Shown piece after piece: positions 56,150 through 64,000 of a DNA stretch of 64,000 nt. Source of the stretch: Bispira polyomma (lineage: Eukaryota); contig OZ287757.1 of the NCBI GenBank assembly GCA_965649765.1, positions 52,080,001 through 52,144,000 of the forward strand. Direction: 5' to 3'. Each line of letters opens with the position of its first letter. The first letter of the stretch is position 1. Below the pieces are notes generated by a model. That model was not told where the DNA came from. It saw only the letters and a list, made by a program, of their open reading frames with translations, and made no database searches. The position numbers were made by a program, and so were the translations under genes.

Positions 56150-57900
56150 TAGGAAACATACACAAAGAATTTCATTGTTCACCACTCCTGACATGACCAA
56201 AGATGGGTGAAAGAGTGAAGCTCCCAAAAGTTGATATTGAGCATGCGTTCATAAATCAATGAGTTGACCCACTTGACTGGAGTACAAAAAGAAATCTAAT
56301 CATTACATCAATCAAGCTTGGACTTGGGTATTTTGTGAGAGTTTCTTATTTGATTACTCATATTTTGCAAGATCATTATTATAAAGTGTTTAATTATTTT
56401 GATGATATTATTATCGTTGAAACTGAATCTAAGGCAACCTTAGCCTATAAATGTTTGCAAGATTTACTACATTAGTTAGGACCACCTATAAATAAGAAAC
56501 AAAAACACATTATTTATAAATCGTAAATTATTACGAGATTCGGTTAATCAAAAACAGTAATATTAAATGGAGAATTTCAGAAAGAACTGAAGTGGTTCAT
56601 GAAGTTAAAAAAAAAAAAAAGACGAGATATTTCATTGCAGTTTGATGCATACCTGCAATGTATAGGAATTTCTGGTATGGATGTATTCACAACAGCACTT
56701 CTGATTTGGATTACACAGGCACACAGTATTGTGCATTTTGAAATGCTTGGTGTTACAAATTATGGGCTACAAAATGGAAAGATAAAACGATACAAATACA
56801 TTCAGATAATTAAGATGTGCTATTGATGTACACATTGACCACATAGAAAACGAAAAAACGAAATATCATAGCAGACACCCAGTGGCATGCCAGTGGCATG
56901 ATTTGGGAGCTCAAACACCACAAATAAAAACACAAATTTGTAACAAATTTAATATGAACAGATTTCCTATTAATGTATTTGTACTTGACAATGACATTTA
57001 ATTGTTTTTCAAACAACACAAACACTTTACGACCACTACTGACATCAGCCATGAATAGAATAAAACAAGTCACAGACTAAGAACTATTAGAATGCATTAA
57101 GGTCAAATCAGATAAGAATTGGCTTTTGTGATATATCACAACATACAACACACTTTTTAACTTTAGTACAATTTTGGCATTTATGGTATTTTTACAACAA
57201 AAAAGTTTGTCATAGAAAGTAATGAACAATTATTTGGCAGCAGTAAGGCACTTTTCAAAACATCTTGGTCTAGAAGACACGCATTTATATGATGCAAGAA
57301 TAACGTCTTGTCAGAAATCATTGATGACAAAAACAAGACAATGCCAATCACTTCCATTTTCAGAATTGTACCGTACAGCATTTCTGTTTGCTTGTTTTGG
57401 ATTTCTTAGAATGTCTAACCTTACACCACAATCAGCTACTTCTTTTTATGTGACTAGACACATCACAAGGTCATATAATTTTCGCTCATCCTGGCATACA
57501 TTTAGTTTTGAAGTGGTCCAAAACCAACCAAACAAGGACACAACACGATCTTATACAACTACCAAAATTAAAAAAAAATCCATTATTATATCCAGCAAAT
57601 GCACCAATGGCATTATTTCAAGAGTATCCTTTGCCAGGACATGCACCATTATTTTGCAGACCTATTAGCTAGATGAAATTGTGTAACAGAAACAAAGTTG
57701 AGGACAATTTTGAAAACACTTTTGCAACAAAGTAAAATTTCATAAATAATACATTTTTCCATTGTTTAGAATGTCAGGAGCCGACCCTGGCCTTTAACAA
57801 CAATGTAAAACTACAAAATATACAAAAACACAGATGCTGGAAATCTGATGCTGTTTGACTTATTTAGAATCCACCTCTCACACAGCTAACATTATCCCGG
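56150..57900 (+). mobile_element. decayed YR retrotransposon (RT, RNaseH and YR remnants), related to the intact neighbour
   Basis: KVDIEHAF..VDPLDW, YFDDII, FDAYLQCIG, SIVHFEM, NNYLAAVR, AFLFACFGFLRMSNLTP, and TLAFNNNVKLQNIQKH.CWKSDAV parallel the ORFs at 60011-63502 in the same order. Confidence 0.8.
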
Positions 57901-58346
57901 ACACTTTTCCTGCTATTATTTCCCTTTTTCTTTAAATTTTGGCTTGATCATTTTTAAAATTTTAAAACTTAAAATTTTATGTATAGTTGTACAAATTATT
58001 TCCAAAAGGAAATTGTAAATAATATTATCCCCCAAACAGCAGCATTGGTTTCCGGCATCAACTTCAATGAGCTGCATAACTGATAGGTCTTCTAGTGTTA
58101 GTTAGTTTTCTAGTTTAACACAATAAACTTCATCTAAGGACACAATTTTAGGGACTGTGTCAGTCACTGCCAACAATAGTGGCATGACCTCCCAGTAAAT
58201 ATATTACAGTAATTGAACCCCAACAACAATAGGCATTTGCTTGTTCTTAGGGTCGTTTTCTGTTGCTTAGATTTGGGGCACCAATTAGCATTACTGAATT
58301 GAACAGTGAAATGAAAACATGAAGAAAAAAAAAACAGAAAACATTT

Positions 58347-58442
58347 TACTAGGTAAACCCAACGGGGTTAGTGAGATCAGTGCAGACCTTAAACCCTCTT
58401 GTTAAAACTATTCTGGTTATGATGACCTTGGCTACTGATTGG
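58347..58442 (+). repeat. split direct repeat A1 (minimum extent)
   Basis: Identical to 63905-64000 over all 96 visible bases. Confidence 0.95.
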
Positions 58443-58865
58443 CCAGCAGTCCCCCCCTTTTCCTCTCTAAATTCGCGCTAAAAGCCTGAAACCTCACTTT
58501 AAATTAAGAATTTGTGAAGGGCAGAACGCCATCTTAAAAAATTTGCAACTATTTTAACTTTGTTTTTATATTTTTACATAACTCTTTTATTGTGTGTTTT
58601 ACCAAGGGCTTCTACATTACCGAGTCTTTATATATGTTGTGGTCAATGGATGGTCACTAATTGGACTTAATTGGAGGCTTGCTGGCACCAGACGGGAGTT
58701 ATTTGTCAAACTGCTTTGACATATGCGAATTTTGCTCTTCTTCTAGGGCTACGGTTGAGGGCTGTTTTTTCTTTGGTTTGGAATTTATCTAAATTTATTT
58801 AATAAATACTACCTCAACTTAAAAGATCCGCATATACCAAAGCATTTTTCTGTACATTTGTAGAG

Positions 58866-59993
58866 ATGGCACCTAGGGTGAACCATGACTGTAGGGCGTG
58901 TAAAACTAGTCACAAGAAGCCCATTAATGACAATTGTCCGTTTATAAATCAAACTGAAACTGTTGAACAAAGTGACACTTCTAGTGTAGCGTTAAATTTA
59001 CGCATTTTAGAAGAACTAAAAGGCTTGAGTGGCCGCATGTCAGCAATGGAGAAACGTGTAGAACAGAGTGAAAATAGACATAATGTTGCTAGTACTTTTA
59101 GTGCAGGTTCCGTGGCTACTGCTTCTAGTGAACTTTCTGCTATACCCATGTATGCTCAGCCGTCAGCTAGTAGTATTTCTAGCACACAGATCGGGGCCCC
59201 TGTTCCCGTGGGGTTTCCTACTACAGCCACGTGTATACAGTCCACAGTTCCAGTAACCAAGCCAGCGGCTACAGTCCAGGCAACACTTCCTGTTCCAGAG
59301 ACGGAAGACACACTGGTTCCCTCGCTGACTACCCTGAAAACATCAGACTACTTACAACAGGCTGTGGATTCTAGACTTCGTGACCTTGCTGGACTTAATG
59401 AAAAAGGTAACTTTAAATCCCAAAGAGGCGGAGCCGAAACGGTCTGGGTTAAACGTCAAGTGGCCTGGCCACAAAATCATATACTTGGGGGGACCACAAA
59501 AGCGCGGACAACCTATGACAGTCTTTCAATGGCTCAGTGGGTATCCGGTTTCTGTTCTATAGTAAGAGATGAAAACAATGTTGACATAAAGAACGCTATG
59601 CTCGATTATGCCCAAGACTTAATGGAAGATTGTAATGATTTTTCCTGGCCAGCTGCCAAAGGCAGCCACGCAGTCTTACTTTGCCGTATGGAAGAGGGTA
59701 AAGTTTCATGGGACGAGACAACAAAAATTGACCGGATTCGAAGGGCTCATGCCCAAAAAGTAGTCAATACTTCTAGTCATTCCACATATCACAGTGCAAA
59801 TAGGCAAAAAAGTAACGAAAAGGCGTTTCCCTGTAGATACTTCCAGAAAGGATCGTGTCCTTATAAGATTGATCATGAGACTAAAGGTCAAATGTATCTG
59901 CACATTTGTGCCACTTGTTTTACGTTTGGCAAAAATTTCTCCCATGCCTCCAAGGACTGTTATAGAAAACAAAGTAATGCAAAAAACGAGTAA
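58866..59993 (+). CDS. ORF1 gag-like protein (N-terminal CxxC, coiled coil, C-terminal Cys/His zinc-finger motifs)
   Basis: 375 aa; CRYFQKGSCPYKIDH and HICATC...H..KDC at the C-terminus. Confidence 0.85.
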   Translation: MAPRVNHDCRACKTSHKKPINDNCPFINQTETVEQSDTSSVALNLRILEELKGLSGRMSAMEKRVEQSENRHNVASTFSAGSVATASSELSAIPMYAQPSASSISSTQIGAPVPVGFPTTATCIQSTVPVTKPAATVQATLPVPETEDTLVPSLTTLKTSDYLQQAVDSRLRDLAGLNEKGNFKSQRGGAETVWVKRQVAWPQNHILGGTTKARTTYDSLSMAQWVSGFCSIVRDENNVDIKNAMLDYAQDLMEDCNDFSWPAAKGSHAVLLCRMEEGKVSWDETTKIDRIRRAHAQKVVNTSSHSTYHSANRQKSNEKAFPCRYFQKGSCPYKIDHETKGQMYLHICATCFTFGKNFSHASKDCYRKQSNAKNE

Positions 59994-62500
59994 GGCACTG
60001 CAGTACAGCAGTGCCCAAATGTCATAGAAAAAATGCTACTTATGGTACTAAGATACCTGTAAATGACTGTAAAAAATGTTATAATGGTAGAACTATAAAT
60101 AATGTGAATATCAAACACTTGTGTAGCGACAACTGGAGGGCTGATTGGGCCAGGTTTGAAAACAAAACATATGCTCAGATAGTCAAACAAAATAGTGGTA
60201 TTTCAAATAGAAATAACAAGCATGAAAAATCTGCAAAGACAGGTCGAAAAGTTCCCCCCAATTGTCGCCCAAATGTAAATAAAAATGTGTACAAAAAGAC
60301 AGCAACTACTAGTGTAAACAGTTGTATGTTTTCAGAGGTGAAGGTGAATGTGGCACAATCACACTACCCGAAAATGGAGATCAAATGCCCCAAAGTACCT
60401 ATTGTAAACAATAGGTGCATCGACACCTATAATAATAAACAACAGGGTGTTCACAAGGTAATCTCAGAAACAATGAGTGGTTCATTGTGCAATGTTAGCA
60501 CAAAATGTCACCGTAAACAACAGGATGTTCGCAAGGTAATCTCAGACAAAACGAGTGTCCCATTGTGCAAGGTTAGCATAAAATGTCACAATAGGTTCAC
60601 ACCTTTGCAAACAGGCATGGGAAGTAACACGAATGACAATAACACACCATTATACTTGGCGGATGATATCCCCAATAATCAAGCAGGGGACAAATACGAG
60701 CTACAATTACAGGTGAAAAAGAAACATAGAGAAGCTATAGCCAAGGCGGAAAACAATCCTTTCTTCAAAAAATGGAATACTCAAAACAAAGAAAAATTTG
60801 GCTTTATTCCATTAGGTGATCTTAAACTACCAGAGGAGCTAAAGGCAGGTCCACACTTAGGTGACCCTCTGGAAGTTCATAAATTAGTCAAAAAAGGCAA
60901 ATGTCATAACTTCTTAGGTACTCAAATACCAGTAGCCTCTCAGCTAAATGTCGACGAATGGCACAAGTTACTAAATGACTATTGGGATACCCAATTAATT
61001 CATTTGATAAAATTCGGATTTCCCTTAGATTTTGATAGGGCTTGTCCATTAGAAAATAAAGGTGATAATCATAGCTCGGCCATCCAGTTTAAGGAAGATG
61101 TACAAGCATATTTGAGAGAGGAAAAAGAGTTTGGAGCAATCATTGGCCCATTTCAAGAACCCCCATTAGCTCACTTACATGTGTCACCATTCATGACCAG
61201 ACCCAAACCGGATGCTAAACATAGGAGGGTTATCATTGATCTAAGTTGCCCACACGGCCGGGCAGTCAATTCAGCCATAAGTAGAGACCAATATTTGGAA
61301 ACCCCCTTTATACTAACACTCCCCACTGTTGACGACATTACGCGAAATGTAATCAAGTTAGGTAAGGGGGCACTATTGTACAAACTAGACATTAGTCGTG
61401 CATTCAGGCATGTAAAGATTGATCCAGCTGACTATGAACTCTTAGGATTACAACTGGACAACTACTATATTGACACGTGCCTGCCATTTGGCTATCGCCA
61501 TGGCAGCGCAATTTTTCAAAGACTAAGTGACGCAATTCGGTTCATCATGACGTCACAAGGTCATGACATCATAAACTATATTGATGATGTAATAGGGTAC
61601 GGCCTCCCCTCAAAAATCTTTGAATCATTTGAAAAACTGAAAGAGGTATTTAGTAGATTAGGTTTTGCAATCAGTAAGAAAAAAGTTGTGGCTCCTAGCA
61701 CCAAAGTGGTATGTCTAGGTGTCCTAGTTAACACGGAAGACTATACTGTCTCTATTCCAGATAACAAATTAGAAGAAATAAAACAAACATGTACAAATTG
61801 GATTCACAAGAAAAGCTGTACTAAAAAACAGCTACAGTCGTTACTCGGGTCATTATTATACATCTCTAAATGTGTCAAAACTTCTCGAGCCTACTTAAAC
61901 AGAATGTTGGACACCTTGAGAAGCTCTCAAAATACTCAGGAAATTAAGTTGGACATAAGTTTTCACCAGGATTTGAACTGGTTTAATACTCTGTTAACAA
62001 CATTCAATGGCATGGCCTTCTTTGACCATAGACCAGTTACAGACCAAGTACACCTGGACGCATGTCTACAAGGCCTAGGTGCTTGTTGTAATAATCAAAT
62101 TTTTGCAAAAGAGATTACTCTCGGGTACAGAAATTACACTATCGTCCACCTTGAGATGATAAATATTTTAGTTTCCATTAGACTTTGGAACAAGCAGTGG
62201 ACTGGACAAAAACTATTAATACACTGCGATAACCAAGCAGTTGTTTCTATTTTGAATTCTGGTAAGACATATGACCTTACTTTGGCAGCCATGACCAGAA
62301 ATATTTTCATGGAAGCTGCAAAAGCGGATATAGAGTTAAGAACAGTACATATCCTGGGCAAAAGAAACAACATAGCTGATCTACTCTCTAGGTGGGCTAT
62401 TACGCCAGATAGAAATAAAAAATTAAATGAATTAATGCCAAATAAACCCACCTGGTTACAGGTCTCTGATGACCTATTGGAAATAGATTGGTCTATTTAG
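59978..62500 (+). CDS. ORF2 reverse transcriptase / RNase H (frame opens at 59978, overlapping the end of ORF1 in the -1 frame)
   Basis: HVSPFMTRPK, RRVIIDLS, KLDISRAFRH, LPFG, NYIDD, CLGV; RNase H residues in HLDAC, HLEM, HCDNQA, IADLLSR. Confidence 0.95.
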   Translation, partial: CKKRVRHCSTAVPKCHRKNATYGTKIPVNDCKKCYNGRTINNVNIKHLCSDNWRADWARFENKTYAQIVKQNSGISNRNNKHEKSAKTGRKVPPNCRPNVNKNVYKKTATTSVNSCMFSEVKVNVAQSHYPKMEIKCPKVPIVNNRCIDTYNNKQQGVHKVISETMSGSLCNVSTKCHRKQQDVRKVISDKTSVPLCKVSIKCHNRFTPLQTGMGSNTNDNNTPLYLADDIPNNQAGDKYELQLQVKKKHREAIAKAENNPFFKKWNTQNKEKFGFIPLGDLKLPEELKAGPHLGDPLEVHKLVKKGKCHNFLGTQIPVASQLNVDEWHKLLNDYWDTQLIHLIKFGFPLDFDRACPLENKGDNHSSAIQFKEDVQAYLREEKEFGAIIGPFQEPPLAHLHVSPFMTRPKPDAKHRRVIIDLSCPHGRAVNSAISRDQYLETPFILTLPTVDDITRNVIKLGKGALLYKLDISRAFRHVKIDPADYELLGLQLDNYYIDTCLPFGYRHGSAIFQRLSDAIRFIMTSQGHDIINYIDDVIGYGLPSKIFESFEKLKEVFSRLGFAISKKKVVAPSTKVVCLGVLVNTEDYTVSIPDNKLEEIKQTCTNWIHKKSCTKKQLQSLLGSLLYISKCVKTSRAYLNRMLDTLRSSQNTQEIKLDISFHQDLNWFNTLLTTFNGMAFFDHRPVTDQVHLDACLQGLGACCNNQIFAKEITLGYRNYTIVHLEMINILVSIRLWNKQWTGQKLLIHCDNQAVVSILNSGKTYDLTLAAMTRNIFMEAAKADIELRTVHILGKRNNIADLLSRWAITPDRNKKLNELMPNKPTWLQVSDDLLEIDWSI
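59981..60015 (+). promoter_or_regulatory. predicted -1 programmed ribosomal frameshift signal
   Basis: A_AAA_AAC in the ORF1 frame (59981-59987), spacer GAGTAA, hairpin GGCACTGC-AGTACA-GCAGTGCC (59994-60015). Confidence 0.75.
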
Positions 62501-62516
62501 TTTTTAACAATTTCAG

Positions 62517-63502
62517 CTTCCCCGACCTGGTTCTCCAAACTAGCAGATAGAGCAGTCACTCGAGCACATCAGGCCTTTCGGCCTTCTACACAAAAGGCCT
62601 ACACATCCATGTTTAGAGTATTTTTAGCTTACTGCTGTTTTGCCAATATTGCCAATTCTAACATTACACCCACAGTCATTCTGGCCTTTTTAGAGGTCTT
62701 AGTAGTTAATAACACATCACACACTTCAGTGGCCAACTACCTCTCAGCTATAAAAGCCAGTATGTCATTGTATGGACTACAAGTAACTGCTTTTTCGGAT
62801 CAAAGAATCAAGTATTTTCAAAAAGCCCTCATTTTACATAAGCCCTTTAGGGCTAAAATTAATGGCATTATCGACATACATTTATTGGAAAATATAGCTC
62901 TTGTGTGTGATTCCATGTACATGGGACAAATCTATAAAGCTGCTTACCTTTTAGCCTTCTTTTCATTTTTGCGAATCTCAAATTTAGTCCCTCACTCTCA
63001 AAGTTCATATTCACCACTGCAGCAACTTGCCAGGGCTGACATTATATTCGCCCCGCCAGGTGCGCATATAATAATTAAATGGACAAAAACCCTCCAATCT
63101 CGTAATGCTATTAAGCTTATTAAAATTCCTGTGTTAAAAAATAAAACCATTTGCCCGGTAGCAGCCCTGAAAGTACTTCTGGCAATCACTCCTGGAACCA
63201 AAAACTCTCCACTATTTCAGGTTAAAGCTCACACTCAGTGGTTGACTTTAACAGATAGTAAAATTCGCAAAAATCTTAAGGATATATTAACTAGATTAAA
63301 TAAACACCAGGCAAACATTACTTTCCACACGTTTAGACGTTCTGGGGCGACCCTGGCCTTCAATGCACATGTCCCTTTACAGGACATTCAAAGTCAGGGC
63401 ATCTGGTCTTCTGAATGTGTGTGGAGGTACATCACACAGGACCATTCAGCCTCTGATCAGGTCGCCCTGGCCCTCCAATCTTTGCTCAACCCTACTTCCT
63501 AG
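62517..63502 (+). CDS. ORF3 tyrosine recombinase (coding frame extends upstream of ATG 62609)
   Basis: FLRISNL (R), KWTKT (K), HTFRRSG (HxxR), GIW, VWRY (Y); AFRPSTQKAY lies upstream of the first Met. Confidence 0.9.
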
Positions 63503-63904
63503 TTGGGCCTTGGTGGTTATTGTATCTTTTACTATCATTACAGCGTATAAACTTACAAAATTTTATCTATTAAGGCCACCTTATAGTCAAAACTTTGCAT
63601 AACCTTAACTACACACATGTAAGGCTTAGGCCAATTGAAATCTTGTAATTATGTTAAGGTTACCTAAAATTCTGGTAAACTTAAAGTCTAACTAAAGTTA
63701 CGTTGACCTTAAATTTAGTATGTGAAGTCACCCTTAAGGTGATCTTAGACTAAACTTAAAACTTTTAACTAAGGTGGCCTCACTGTCAGATCTTAATATG
63801 TTTTATACCAGTTAACTATATGTGTAGTATAGATTAAATATATATAATCCCAACTGCTAGTTTCAATCAAAGGTCACTCTCCTTAATGCAAGGGCAAGGC
63901 ACTG

Positions 63905-64000
63905 TACTAGGTAAACCCAACGGGGTTAGTGAGATCAGTGCAGACCTTAAACCCTCTTGTTAAAACTATTCTGGTTATGATGACCTTGGCTACTGATTGG
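63905..64000 (+). repeat. split direct repeat A2 (cut by the window end)
   Basis: Identical to 58347-58442. Confidence 0.95.

Larger units (their letters stand above)
58347..64000 (+). mobile_element. Ngaro-like (DIRS order) tyrosine-recombinase retrotransposon, apparently intact; 3' end beyond the window
   Basis: gag, RT/RNaseH, YR order; no methyltransferase recognised; direct (not inverted) repeat at 58347 and 63905, as expected for split direct repeats. Confidence 0.9.

Noticed and set aside
55741-56165. Hydrophobic minus-strand ORFs as membrane proteins
   Set aside because: Antisense of A/C-rich low-complexity DNA next to the decayed YR element.
59988-59995. Donor-like GA|GTAAGG over the gag stop as the splice partner for YR
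   Set aside because: It is phase 2 while the YR acceptor is phase 1, so the fusion would be out of frame.
60325-60337. Phase-1 acceptor ttttcag|AG as the route to RT expression
   Set aside because: Possible, but the frame is open 350 nt further upstream, right to the slippery site, which favours frameshifting; kept only as an alternative.

Overview
AT-rich, intron-containing animal genomic DNA, probably a spiralian/marine invertebrate (inferred from repeat families and the aristaless-type sequence). Contents: (1) the last three coding exons of an aristaless/Arx PRD-class homeobox gene (582-4555, +); (2) a transposon-dense intergenic region with L2-like LINE fragments, tRNA-derived SINEs, MITEs (Harbinger-, Merlin-, Kolobok- and piggyBac-like), and pogo and Merlin transposase relics; (3) a decaying multi-exon gene at about 25.5-36.4 kb with a collagen Gly-X-Y exon upstream of NCAM/Fasciclin-II-like Ig exons; (4) three tyrosine-recombinase (YR) retrotransposon pieces: a DIRS1-like terminal structure (24.85-25.2 kb), a decayed RT/RNaseH/YR copy (about 56.1-57.9 kb) and an apparently intact Ngaro-like element (58347 to past the window end). 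The main result is the expression logic readable in the intact element. An in-frame A_AAA_AAC slippery site, 6-nt spacer and perfect 8-bp hairpin predict a -1 frameshift joining gag to RT/RNaseH. The YR frame lacks a start codon ahead of its conserved N-terminus; it follows the pol UAG in frame and sits behind a phase-1 acceptor that matches a phase-1 donor inside gag. All calls are by eye; no searches were run.
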